DNA of 64,000 nt from Desulfocapsa sp. Lineage in GTDB: Bacteria; Desulfobacterota; Desulfobulbia; Desulfobulbales; Desulfocapsaceae. The stretch spans positions 35,034-99,033 of the forward strand of contig JAFLJS010000069.1 in the NCBI GenBank assembly GCA_022712895.1, given 5' to 3'. Position numbers and translations under genes: made by a program. Shown here piece after piece: positions 47,338-56,984 of the stretch (position 1 is its first letter; each line of letters starts with the position of its first letter). The notes below the pieces were generated by a model. It was not told where the DNA came from and did not search any database. It saw only the letters and a list, made by a program, of their open reading frames with translations.

Positions 47338-47643
47338 ATGGCATTGATGCAACTTACTATAGTACCCGTTGGTGAGGGTGTCAGTGTTGGCAATTATGTC
47401 GCTGACATCCAGAAACGTTTACAGGAAGAGGGGGCATCTTATAAACTTACTGATATGGCCACATTAATTGAAGGTGACGCTCAATACCTACTACGCCTTC
47501 TAGCTAAAATTTATGAGACGCCTTTTACTAAAGGTGCCATTCGGGTTGTCACCAATATTACAATTGATGATAGAAGGGATAAAACGGTTTCAATCGGAGA
47601 TAAAATTGAAGCCGTTACAAAGAGAATCAAAAAAGAGAACTAA
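47338..47643 (+). CDS. MTH1187/DUF77 thiamine-binding family protein
   Basis: IVP.G...SV..YVA, L..M.T.IEG, RV.T.I.IDDR.DK. Confidence 0.88.
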   Translation: MALMQLTIVPVGEGVSVGNYVADIQKRLQEEGASYKLTDMATLIEGDAQYLLRLLAKIYETPFTKGAIRVVTNITIDDRRDKTVSIGDKIEAVTKRIKKEN

Positions 47644-47865
47644 AACAAGGAAGACTAGCAGGGGGAATGGACGCTTAACCATTATTCAATGACTCCTTTG
47701 GCCCTCACCATATGCAACTGAAATCATGACGCTTTAGTATCATAGAGTCCTTGAATAAGCCTGATTTATTTATCCTAATTGTATTGGCATTGGTGTTGGA
47801 TAGTCAATTTTTTCTAAATCGTTAAAAATGATAACCTCGTAAAAACCCTGAAGTTAGATGGTTAA

Positions 47866-47975
47866 GTAAAAAGCTAAATATCCGAGGCGAAAATATTTTC
47901 TATCATTTCGGCGTACTAAGGTACGTCGTAATGATAGAAAATGTGTAGCAACGAAGGAGATGGAGAGTTTTCACC
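47866..47975. repeat. Dispersed palindromic (REP/MITE-like) element, copy 2 (more complete)
   Basis: Same core as 16359-16417 (stem 47896-47941), with loose terminal inverted similarity GTAAAAAGCT ... AGAGTTTTCAC. Confidence 0.8.
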
Positions 47976-48467
47976 CTAACTACGGGCATAAATACGACGC
48001 TATCATATTTAATCTGGAGCAGATTAACTTTCGAATCAGTTTTTTTAAACAACCTGTCCATTGGGTGTTTTTATAGCGCTTTCAATGGCGATACAGTTTA
48101 ATAAATCAGTGAGCAGCAAGTAATGTATCAACTGTATGCATTGCATGAGTGTGTTATGTAAATTTGGTGCCATCCAGCTGACTGTTGCAAATCGATCACT
48201 CTCTTCAAATAATATGTTGTGACAAAAGCAAACACAAATATCTTATTTCAAATGCACTGCTTTAAAAGAACATCAATTGATTCAGGGGAATTATATAGAT
48301 TAGCCTGAAAAATTGTACTAGCCTATATACTGATTGCATCAGATACTCCCTTCTTAGACTAAACACCTTTTGGGGGTAAGGGGCTACACATTCAATTTGA
48401 TGCACTGAGGCAATAACACTCTTTACAAAAACTACTTACCAAACTTTTCCTAACAAGAAGATTCATT

Positions 48468-48938
48468 ATGGATACATTTTCAAAAAAAATACTCTCCGTT
48501 TTCCTTATATTCCTTTTAAACATCCTATTAGTATCAACCGCTTCAGCAAAAATGGGGAGTGTAGTTGGTGAAAAGGTCCAACTCAGATCAGGACCAGGAA
48601 CAAAATATACAGCAAAATGGCAATACGGTGACGGGTATCCTTTGAAAATCATCACCAAAAAAGGCAATTGGGTGAAGGTTACTGATTTTGAAAATGATAG
48701 CGGATGGATTTTTAAAAAATATATATCAACGAAACCTCATATGATCGTTAAAGTCAACAGAGGGAAGACACGTAAAATTAATATCCGTAGTGGTCCAGGA
48801 ACTAAGTTTAAAATAGTAGGGCAAGCCTATTATGGTGTTGTATTCAAGACAGTAATGCAAAAAAGTGGTTGGGCAAAAGTAAAGCATGAATCGGGTTTGA
48901 CTGGCTGGATCAAGAGAAGCCTGCTCTGGGGATTTTAA
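48468..48938 (+). CDS. Exported protein with two bacterial SH3 domains
   Basis: Signal peptide; twice (L/I)RSGPGTK(Y/F)...W.KV....GW(I). Confidence 0.9.
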   Translation: MDTFSKKILSVFLIFLLNILLVSTASAKMGSVVGEKVQLRSGPGTKYTAKWQYGDGYPLKIITKKGNWVKVTDFENDSGWIFKKYISTKPHMIVKVNRGKTRKINIRSGPGTKFKIVGQAYYGVVFKTVMQKSGWAKVKHESGLTGWIKRSLLWGF

Positions 48939-48968
48939 TGTGACTCCTGAATAATTCCTGCTAAAATT

Positions 48969-49011
48969 AAAAAATCCCATATTACACATTGTGCAATATG
49001 GGATTTTTTTT
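48969..49011. terminator. Bidirectional terminator between the SH3 gene and the tRNA-Ser pair
   Basis: AAAAAATCCCATATT / AATATGGGATTTTTTTT. Confidence 0.85.
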
Positions 49012-49014
49012 ACT

Positions 49015-49106
49015 TGGCGGAGAGGGAGAGATTCGAACTCTCGGTGGAGTATAACCCCCACATTCGCTTAGCAGGCGAACACCATCGGCCTCTCGGTCAC
49101 CTCTCC
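49015..49106 (-). tRNA. tRNA-Ser(GCT)
   Basis: Reverse complement GGAGAGG...TTCGC-CT-GCT-AA-GCGAA, long variable arm, GTTCGAATC, GCCA. Confidence 0.96.
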
Positions 49107-49111
49107 AAGTG

Positions 49112-49197
49112 TGGCGGAGGAAGTAGGATTCGAACCCACGGTACTTTCGTACAACGGTTTTCAAGACCGCCGCCTTAAACCACTCGGCCATTCCTCC
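49112..49197 (-). tRNA. tRNA-Ser(TGA)
   Basis: Reverse complement GGAGGAA...GCGGT-CT-TGA-AA-ACCGT, long variable arm, GGTTCGAATCC, GCCA. Confidence 0.96.
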
Positions 49198-49453
49198 ACG
49201 CGAATTTCTTTTACCACTTGAGAAAGAAACTGTCAATATTAGGAAGAGAATGTTGACATTTGATTTCATTTAATTCAATTCTAGGCAAGAAATGAACATT
49301 TTCGTCATTGTCAAAAGATTTACCATGAAATTATTATGACATTTTCGTAATATACCTGTAACGATGCTACTTGACGATGAGTTTTGCGATACAGACCAAA
49401 ACCTGAAAATAAATGTATGCCTACAAATATTAGCTGCACGAGTGATTTAATAA

Positions 49454-51019
49454 ATGAAAAGTAACAATATCACACCTGAACAACTGGAAGACCTGAGTTG
49501 TTTGTATGAAATAACCAAAAATCTGGCCTCATCAATTGATCTGAAGAAGTGTTTGAGCGAAACAATGGAAACTATTGGCTCCATGAAAAACATGGCCAAT
49601 GGGACTGTAACTATCATAAATCCATTAACCGGTAGACTGGAAATAGAAGTAGCGCCCGATATCAATGCGGAAGGAAGAAAAAGAGGGAAATATCAAATAG
49701 GAGAGGGTATTACAGGAAGAGTGGTTGCCTCAGGTGAACCGATTATCGTCCCCCATATTGCAGAAGAACCGATGTTCTTGAACAAAACAAGATCACGAGG
49801 AGATCTGAACAATCAATCAAGATCTTTTCTTTGTGTTCCTATTCGTGATGGAAAGCAGGTGATCGGAGCCTTATCAGTTGATAGAAATTATAAGAATGGA
49901 ATAACTGATCAGGCGGACATGGATTTACGTTTTTTGACGGTGCTAAGCAGTCTAATCGCACAGACGACACATAGAATTCAAACAGTAAATCAGGAGCAGG
50001 AAGAATTACGATACGAAAACCTTAAACTAAAGCGTGAACTTTCCGAAAAAAACAAAATCAACGATATACAGGGTAAATCATCTAAAATGCAGGAAGTGTA
50101 TGAGATGATATACCGAGTGGTAGATTCTAACGCAACGGTATTACTAAGAGGAGAATCAGGCACAGGAAAAACACTTGTTGCTAAAGCATTACATTACAAT
50201 TCCAAACGAAAGCATAAACCGTTCATTGTCGTAAATTGTTCAGCACTCCCAGAAACACTGCTCGAAAGCGAGCTGTTTGGCCACGAAAAAGGTGCATTTA
50301 CTGGGGCTACCGAGCGCAAAGCAGGACGATTTGAGTTAGCAGAGGGCGGTACCTTATTTCTTGACGAGATAGGTGAAATAACACACGCTGTACAGGTAAA
50401 ACTGTTAAATGTAGTACAAGAACGAAGCTTTCAACGATTGGGCTCTGCAAAATCTATTACTTGTGATGTGAGACTTGTGGCGGCAACTAATCGAGACCTC
50501 GAGAAAGCAGTGCAGGATAAATGTTTCAGGGAAGATCTTTATTATCGCCTCAATGTATTCCCGGTATATATGCCACCTTTACGAGAAAGACGAACAGATA
50601 TTCTACTGCTTGCCGAATATTTTCTAGAGAAGTATGCAAAAGAGAATGCAAAAGATATTCAAAGAATTTCAACACCTGCGATCGATATGCTGATACAGTA
50701 TCATTGGCCTGGAAATGTCCGTGAATTGCAAAACTGTATGGAACGCGCAACCCTTATCTGCGATAATGACACAATCAAAAGCAATCATTTGCCGCCAACC
50801 CTCCAGACATCAGATTCCATAACATCGGACAAAAACCCACTTTCCCTATCCGCAGCTGTGGAAAATTTTGAAAAAGATATTATTATAGATGGACTCAAGA
50901 AGAATCGCGGCAACCAGACGCAGACAGCAAAATTTCTGGACACAAGCCTTCGAATAATAAATTACAAGATTCATCAATATAATATCGACCCCAAAACGTT
51001 TAAAATTGAAAAACTATGA
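49454..51019 (+). CDS. NifA-like sigma54-dependent activator (GAF - AAA - Fis HTH)
   Basis: GEGITGRV (GAF), [36 protein letters not shown]-terminal NQTQTA..L. Not called nifA because no nif genes are in the window. Confidence 0.9.
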   Translation: MKSNNITPEQLEDLSCLYEITKNLASSIDLKKCLSETMETIGSMKNMANGTVTIINPLTGRLEIEVAPDINAEGRKRGKYQIGEGITGRVVASGEPIIVPHIAEEPMFLNKTRSRGDLNNQSRSFLCVPIRDGKQVIGALSVDRNYKNGITDQADMDLRFLTVLSSLIAQTTHRIQTVNQEQEELRYENLKLKRELSEKNKINDIQGKSSKMQEVYEMIYRVVDSNATVLLRGESGTGKTLVAKALHYNSKRKHKPFIVVNCSALPETLLESELFGHEKGAFTGATERKAGRFELAEGGTLFLDEIGEITHAVQVKLLNVVQERSFQRLGSAKSITCDVRLVAATNRDLEKAVQDKCFREDLYYRLNVFPVYMPPLRERRTDILLLAEYFLEKYAKENAKDIQRISTPAIDMLIQYHWPGNVRELQNCMERATLICDNDTIKSNHLPPTLQTSDSITSDKNPLSLSAAVENFEKDIIIDGLKKNRGNQTQTAKFLDTSLRIINYKIHQYNIDPKTFKIEKL

Positions 51020-51600
51020 AGCTTCTCCTCCATGTGTGTTGTGCTCCATGTTCCACATACACCTTAACAAAGCTACGTAAACAGGATATCGATGTTGCAG
51101 CCTATTTTTACAACCCAAATATCCACCCTTATCGTGAATTTAAAAAACGCCTGGATACACTAAAGGAGTTTGCAAAACAAGCAGACCTTGAGCTCCTGAC
51201 CGAAGATGACTACGGTTTGACAGAATATTTACGTAAAGTCGTATTTAATGAAAAACTACGCTGTTCTATCTGTTACGACATGCGCCTGGAAAAAACAGCC
51301 AAGCAGGCTGTGAAATCCGGCGCTGACGCCTTTACCTCAACCCTCCTCTACTCCCGTTATCAAAATCATGAGAATATCGTCACAATCGGCAAACAAATTG
51401 CAGAAACGTATGGAATAGATTTTTATTATGAGGATTTTCGAAAAGGATGGCAAGAAGGTATAGACCAGGCAATAGATATGGAACTCTACCGCCAACCTTA
51501 TTGTGGATGTATTTACAGCGAGCAGGAACGATACGACAATAAATTGAAGAAGAAGTTACGAAAAGAACGTAAAAAAGCGGCAAATAGCGTCAATTCGTAA
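51016..51600 (+). CDS. queH: Epoxyqueuosine reductase QueH
   Basis: [33 protein letters not shown]. Confidence 0.92.
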   Translation: MKLLLHVCCAPCSTYTLTKLRKQDIDVAAYFYNPNIHPYREFKKRLDTLKEFAKQADLELLTEDDYGLTEYLRKVVFNEKLRCSICYDMRLEKTAKQAVKSGADAFTSTLLYSRYQNHENIVTIGKQIAETYGIDFYYEDFRKGWQEGIDQAIDMELYRQPYCGCIYSEQERYDNKLKKKLRKERKKAANSVNS

Positions 51601-51693
51601 TTTTTTCATTTTTTATAATTTAAGCAAAATAAAATTAGCGATGGTTACGTAAAATAAACAAATTTTTTACAATGCTATCAGGAGTGCAAGATC

Positions 51694-52365
51694 ATGGTAG
51701 ATATACTGGTACTAGCCACAACAAACAAAAATAAAGTAAAAGAATTTCAGGAGATGGTGGGGGATTTCCCAATTGAAATCAGATCTGTAGCAGATTTCGG
51801 CCCTATTCCAGAATGCATTGAAGATGGTGAAACCTTTGATGATAATGCTTACAAAAAAGCCCTTCATACTGCAAAAATCCTGGGTTTACCAGCAATTGCT
51901 GATGATTCCGGTTTAGTAGTTGAAGCATTGGATGGCGCTCCCGGTGTCTATTCTGCTCGATATGCTGGAGAAAATGCAACTGATGCGGAAAATTGCGAGA
52001 AGCTCCTCAAAGAGATGAAAGGGGTTCAAAACAGAAAGGCAGCCTTCAAATGTGTGCTCTCAATTGCGGTGCCATCGGGTCCGGCACTCACCTACGAGGG
52101 AAGTTGTGAAGGTACTATTCTTGAAGAAAAACGCGGAGAATCCGGATTTGGCTATGACCCACTTTTCTATTTCGAGGAATTTGGCAAGAGCTTTGCCGAA
52201 TGTAATTCAGAAGAAAAAAACCGGGTGAGCCATCGCGGCAAAGCACTTGCTGAAGTACGTAAAGAATTTGATAAGGTGATGGTCTGGTTGAACCAACGCC
52301 TTAGTGAAGAAAAGCCATCCAAACCCGACCATGAAGAATATGAAAGCAATGACTGGTCGAAATAA
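51694..52365 (+). CDS. rdgB: XTP/dITP diphosphatase (Ham1 family)
   Basis: LAT.N..K..E, EDG.TF..NA.KKA, ADDSGL.V.AL.GAPGVYSAR, GFGYDP.F, SHRGKA. Confidence 0.95.
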   Translation: MVDILVLATTNKNKVKEFQEMVGDFPIEIRSVADFGPIPECIEDGETFDDNAYKKALHTAKILGLPAIADDSGLVVEALDGAPGVYSARYAGENATDAENCEKLLKEMKGVQNRKAAFKCVLSIAVPSGPALTYEGSCEGTILEEKRGESGFGYDPLFYFEEFGKSFAECNSEEKNRVSHRGKALAEVRKEFDKVMVWLNQRLSEEKPSKPDHEEYESNDWSK

Positions 52366-52396
52366 TCCTCTTCGTCATGTCTGTATAAACTTTCGG

Positions 52397-52431
52397 CCTA
52401 ACTGACAAATAATTCCCTTTTGTCAGTTAGG
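52397..52431. terminator. Strong intergenic hairpin after rdgB (probable terminator)
   Basis: CCTAACTGACAAA / TTTGTCAGTTAGG, 13-bp stem. Confidence 0.55.
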
Positions 52432-52665
52432 GCTACCCCATACCGTTAAAAAAATTCACAATGACAACAAGAACCTTGTCATTTATACGGCCCCACATTT
52501 TTTCCTTGTCTTATCACCTAAAGGGAACTAGAAATATTCCATTTTAAACGTTATTTCCATGAGTAATACCTCAATATTTCTTTTTGTAATTTAAAAAGAA
52601 ATTCATGAAGAGAGGTATTCTGGAGTGGTATGCAAAAACAAGACTAGAGTAGAATAACAGCTTTA

Positions 52666-53814
52666 ATGAAGATAAAACTCGTACAAAACCAAGATATTAG
52701 CTTTTATCGAAAAATAAAAATCAGCCTGGCATTGATGGGAGTTCTTCCCTTCCTGCTCACTGTGTATCTTTTCAGTAAAGAAATTGTAACCGCTCCTAGC
52801 ACACTAATGACCCTGGGCTTAGCACTTGTACTCTTTAGTATACTCATGGGTTTTACATTGCTGCGAAAATCCTCCGACCAAGTGGCAACTCTTGCCGCAA
52901 AAACAGCAATTTCAGACAATGGCGAACTTCCAGACCTTATGGATCTCGATGTTGATGGCGAATTAAATGATATCGCCAGCAATTTCAACTCGGTTGTAGT
53001 GCAACTGCAAAATGCAAAACGTGATATTCAGAGCAGAAGTTATCAGCTACAGGCTTTTGCCAGAGATCTTTCAGAATCCTACGAACACCTCGAAAAAGAA
53101 AACCGACTCCGTGAAAAATTATGCCGTTACGTTGGGAAGAATCTGGTCGAAAAGCTTATGGCCTCTGGTGATGGACAACTGCTCAAAAATGAACGGAAAA
53201 GCGTCACTGTGATGTTTGCGGATATTCGCTCCTTCACCACTCTTTCAGAGTATATGGAGCCCGAAGACGTGGTAGCCATGCTCAATGAATATTTTGGCAA
53301 GATGACTGAGATACTTTTCAAATACAATGGCATGCTCGACAAATTTGTAGGCGATCAAATAATGTCAGTTTTTGGTCACATTTCCAATGAACGTGATGGT
53401 GCACGATCAGCGGTACGCGCAGCCATGGAAATGCAAAAAGTCACCGTTGCCCTAATGAAAACTCGTAAAAGAGAAGGAAATCCCGTCTTTCAAGTAGGTA
53501 TCGGTATCAATACAGGCAGTGCAATTCTTGCAAGTGTCGGCTCAAGCAACAGACAGGATTACACAGTTATCGGTGACATGGTGAATACCACAGCCAGGCT
53601 GGAACAACATGCCCGTGGTGGCGAAGTGGTTATTGGAGAGCGCACCCGCAGGCATCTTCCCAAACAGATGGACCTGGGCGAGCGCAAAGAATTACGTATG
53701 AGGAACCGCTCCACCCCCATTGGCTGTTACATTCATCGCCCTCTGATGATAAAAGCTAAAAAAGCAACCGTAGTTACAACTTCCACACTTATTCCAGCTA
53801 CCGTTACCGATTAG
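52666..53814 (+). CDS. Class III adenylate/guanylate cyclase with 2 TM + HAMP-like region
   Basis: VMFADIRSFT, LDKFVGD, GIGINTG, DYTVIGD.VNT.ARLE. Confidence 0.92.
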   Translation: MKIKLVQNQDISFYRKIKISLALMGVLPFLLTVYLFSKEIVTAPSTLMTLGLALVLFSILMGFTLLRKSSDQVATLAAKTAISDNGELPDLMDLDVDGELNDIASNFNSVVVQLQNAKRDIQSRSYQLQAFARDLSESYEHLEKENRLREKLCRYVGKNLVEKLMASGDGQLLKNERKSVTVMFADIRSFTTLSEYMEPEDVVAMLNEYFGKMTEILFKYNGMLDKFVGDQIMSVFGHISNERDGARSAVRAAMEMQKVTVALMKTRKREGNPVFQVGIGINTGSAILASVGSSNRQDYTVIGDMVNTTARLEQHARGGEVVIGERTRRHLPKQMDLGERKELRMRNRSTPIGCYIHRPLMIKAKKATVVTTSTLIPATVTD

Positions 53815-53837
53815 GCTTCACAACAACAGTCATAGCT

Positions 53838-54620
53838 TCAGCTTTCTCTTTTGTTGTGTTTTTCAATGGCCACAAAGTTAAGGGTACAATGTACTGTCAT
53901 CAGCGGGAAGATTAAAGCGATGATAAAAATATTAAGAACCGGAATCATACTGAGAAATGCGGGAAATATTCCAAGTCGGAAGGCCTGTTTTTTATGATTT
54001 CCTAACCAGCTAATTTTTCGTTTCAAACTCCAGCGTCGGCGTGAAGAGGGATAATCGACAAACATCAATGCCGAATAGAAACTGTAGAGCAGAAAAACAA
54101 CGACCTGTCCTACACCCGGAATAAAATTGGCCATCAGTGCCGCAATCGTAACTACGACCCCAAACATTCCTATCTTAAGCCCCTCCCATAAATCGATCAA
54201 TAGCCCTTTAACATTCAAGGCAGCATCTGCTTCAAACTCCTGGCCTTCATGTTTCTTTTCAGCAGCAGTACTGAGGAAAACGTAACCCGGAGCTGATAAA
54301 CTATAAGCAAGAAGAAATGCGAGATAAAAGGCAACTATGCGGCTAATGATCAAAAAACACCAGTGAACAACTTCCCATCCCAGATATTTAGTCCACCCCC
54401 AGATACCTTTGGCTTCAGGTTCAGCCAAGAAAAAACTGCCCGTCAGCCCATCCACAAAATCTAGGGTGATTGCATATCCGGCCCAGGTAAAAACAAAGGT
54501 GATAAGAATCAAAATCAAGCTCCATGCCATTAACCGCTTGGAACGAAGGAGAAAAGCAAGGGAATAGGAAAGTGGCAGCCAGGCAGGTGGTGCTAATATT
54601 TGTTTGGTATTATTTTGCAT
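53838..54620 (-). CDS. EI24/CysZ-like membrane protein
   Basis: Multi-TM; L.AP....LS...E, FIP..GQ, ..DYP..RR, IP.LN. Confidence 0.7.
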   Translation of the reverse strand: MQNNTKQILAPPAWLPLSYSLAFLLRSKRLMAWSLILILITFVFTWAGYAITLDFVDGLTGSFFLAEPEAKGIWGWTKYLGWEVVHWCFLIISRIVAFYLAFLLAYSLSAPGYVFLSTAAEKKHEGQEFEADAALNVKGLLIDLWEGLKIGMFGVVVTIAALMANFIPGVGQVVVFLLYSFYSALMFVDYPSSRRRWSLKRKISWLGNHKKQAFRLGIFPAFLSMIPVLNIFIIALIFPLMTVHCTLNFVAIEKHNKRES

Positions 54621-54690
54621 GATGCCTATAATAGGATCAATTCAGAGCTGAGTAAAGGCTTCACTTTAAAAAAGTTGGTAGATTTTTATC

Positions 54691-56052
54691 ATGGCAAAAA
54701 AACAGGAAACGGCATTTGTATGCACCGATTGCGGTGCCGATTTTTCCAAATGGCTGGGGCAGTGCAGTGTCTGTAAAGAGTGGAATACTGTAAAAGAAGT
54801 TCGCCTTGGCAGAAGTTCCCCAAGGCACGTTAGTGGTTATTCCGGTAAACAGAGCCGAGTACAATTGCTTTCGGAAGTAGATCGCAGCCGTGCAGTACGG
54901 CTATCAACTGGTATTGTTGAATTTAACCGGGTTTTAGGGCAGGGGATTGTTCGCGGTTCCGTGGTGCTGATTGGCGGTGCACCAGGGGCCGGAAAATCCA
55001 CATTATTACTCCAGGCCCTTGCCAACAGTGCAGCAAACGGAGTGCCAGTTTTATATGTCTCTGGGGAAGAGTCGCCACAACAGATAGCGGAACGGGCTGA
55101 TCGACTCGGGCTCCCTGCTGCAAATATCAAAATGCTTGCTGAAACCTCTGTCGAGGAAATCTGCAAAATAATGGATCAGGAGAAACCAGAAATTGTGGTT
55201 ATTGATTCTATTCAGGTGGTTCACACAAAGGCATCAGAATCAGCTCCCGGATCAATCTCTCAGGTACGTGAGTCAGCAGCTACTCTTACCCACTATGCGA
55301 AAGCCACAGGAACTTCAATCTTTATGGTTGGTCATGTCACCAAGGATCAATCCCTGGCTGGCCCCATGACCTTAAGTCATATTGTGGATGCGCAGGTAGT
55401 ACTTTCTTCCACCGACGATGCGAGATATCGAATCCTGCGAGCCGATAAAAATCGTTTTGGCAGTGTGGGTGAGCTGGGCTTTTTCGCCATGACTGACCGT
55501 GGCCTGAAAGAGATCAAAAACCCCTCAGCCATGTTTCTCTCACGATCCGGCACTCCAGCATCAGGAAGCGCAGTAACAGTAATCTGGGAAGGCACCAGGC
55601 CTCTGCTCGTTGAGATTCAAGCCCTGGTCACAGAAAGTCAATCAGGAAACCCCAGACGTCTGGCTGTGGGAATGGATCAGAACCGAATTGCCATGTTGCT
55701 GGCGGTACTTGCCAAACATGGCGGGCTTGCCACCACAAGTGATGAGGTGTATGTAAATGTGGTGGGAGGAATAAGAGTGGATGAAACCAGCTCTGATCTT
55801 GCTGCCATGGTGGGCATTGTCTCATCGCTACAAAACAGGGTCATTCCCCAGGATACACTGTTTTTTGGCGAAATCGGACTCAACGGTGAAATCCGACCAG
55901 TGGCCAACGGTGAAGCCAGGCTGAAAGAAGCAGCAAAACATGGTTTCAAACGGGCTGTGATTCCGAAAGCCAACACTCCCCAACAACCCGTAAAAGGGTT
56001 GAAGATCGTGGCTGTGGAAAGCCTGGTACAGGTCCTGGATGTGCTCTACTGA
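54691..56052 (+). CDS. radA: DNA repair protein RadA/Sms
   Basis: Zn finger CTDC...CSVC, GAPGAGKSTLLLQ, YVSGEES, IDSIQ, KNRFG, Lon-like C-terminus. Confidence 0.95.
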   Translation: MAKKQETAFVCTDCGADFSKWLGQCSVCKEWNTVKEVRLGRSSPRHVSGYSGKQSRVQLLSEVDRSRAVRLSTGIVEFNRVLGQGIVRGSVVLIGGAPGAGKSTLLLQALANSAANGVPVLYVSGEESPQQIAERADRLGLPAANIKMLAETSVEEICKIMDQEKPEIVVIDSIQVVHTKASESAPGSISQVRESAATLTHYAKATGTSIFMVGHVTKDQSLAGPMTLSHIVDAQVVLSSTDDARYRILRADKNRFGSVGELGFFAMTDRGLKEIKNPSAMFLSRSGTPASGSAVTVIWEGTRPLLVEIQALVTESQSGNPRRLAVGMDQNRIAMLLAVLAKHGGLATTSDEVYVNVVGGIRVDETSSDLAAMVGIVSSLQNRVIPQDTLFFGEIGLNGEIRPVANGEARLKEAAKHGFKRAVIPKANTPQQPVKGLKIVAVESLVQVLDVLY

Positions 56053-56066
56053 AAGAGAACTATACT

Positions 56067-56228
56067 ATGAAAAAAATATGCCTCTTGATAAGCATAACAT
56101 TTTTTAGCTGGATTGGCTGGTGGCTGGGTGCTCATATCGGCATTATGACCGCATATGTCAGCAGTGTCATTGCCGGTGTAGTTGGCGTCTATTGTGGAGT
56201 TCGCTTTAACCAACATTACCTAAACTGA
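56067..56228 (+). CDS. Small (53 aa) two-TM membrane protein, below the ORF-track cutoff
   Basis: MKKICLLISITFFSWIGWWLGAHIGIMTAYVSSVIAGVVGVYCGVRFNQHYLN; fills the radA-56264 gap. Confidence 0.65.
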   Translation: MKKICLLISITFFSWIGWWLGAHIGIMTAYVSSVIAGVVGVYCGVRFNQHYLN

Positions 56229-56263
56229 TTTCCCCTCAACACCAACCGGAGGATTTTTCGATC

Positions 56264-56863
56264 ATGGATTTTAAAAGACATCTTGAAAACGCATGGAATA
56301 ATACCTTACAATTTATTGTACCCGTTATTCTTCTCACCCTAACGCAACTGATTGTTATCACATTAAGTTTCGGAATTCTGGCGCCAGTAACAACTGCCGG
56401 ATATATGCAGTCTCTGCTCCTGGCACAGCGTGAAGGACGCGAACCCAAAATAGGTGATCTCTTTTCTGAGATGCGATTATTTCTGCCCCTTTTTGTGTTC
56501 GGACTCCTTGCCATCATGGTGACCATCCTTGGTTTTTCCATGCTGATCCTTCCCGGCTTTGCCGTTGCCGGATTTCTCATTTTTGCCACAATCTACATGA
56601 TGCCCCTTATGACCGATAAGGACATGGGACTGATGGATGCTCTCAAAGAGTCCTGGCGCATGTCAACCAGAGCCCCAATAAGTAATCAGATAATTTTAAT
56701 GGTGCTCTACATGGTGATTATTGCCCTGGGAGGATCAATTGCTGTGGCTGTCCTCTTCACTCAGCCCCTTGCCACCTTTCTTGCTTTATCTGTGTATGAG
56801 GAACGGCTCAAGGGTGAACAACACGCGACACCACCACCAATTGAAGACACCAGCAAAGACTGA
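56264..56863 (+). CDS. Conserved-type hypothetical membrane protein
   Basis: About 4-5 hydrophobic segments; GGA SD-like context; co-oriented with neighbours. Confidence 0.7.
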   Translation: MDFKRHLENAWNNTLQFIVPVILLTLTQLIVITLSFGILAPVTTAGYMQSLLLAQREGREPKIGDLFSEMRLFLPLFVFGLLAIMVTILGFSMLILPGFAVAGFLIFATIYMMPLMTDKDMGLMDALKESWRMSTRAPISNQIILMVLYMVIIALGGSIAVAVLFTQPLATFLALSVYEERLKGEQHATPPPIEDTSKD

Positions 56864-56984
56864 AATACAAAGAACAGACAGGCTGTAGAAACTAACGTTT
56901 TCGGGGAAATCGACTACCACCCTGAATGCCTGCTGCGAAAACATTTCACACAACAAACATACCAGGTTAACAGCCTGCACTTTC

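Noticed and set aside
48982-49269. ORFs overlapping the tRNA-Ser genes
   Set aside because: They are translations of tRNA sequence.
49296-49348. Direct repeat ACATTTTCGT (49296-49305, 49339-49348) as a NifA upstream activator sequence
   Set aside because: It contains ACA-N10-TGT, not TGT-N10-ACA, and I found no convincing -24/-12 promoter; a 10-mer AT-rich repeat is weak evidence.
49454-51019. Calling the GAF-AAA-HTH activator nifA / a nitrogen-fixation locus
   Set aside because: No nif genes in the window; this architecture is common among deltaproteobacterial sigma54 activators.
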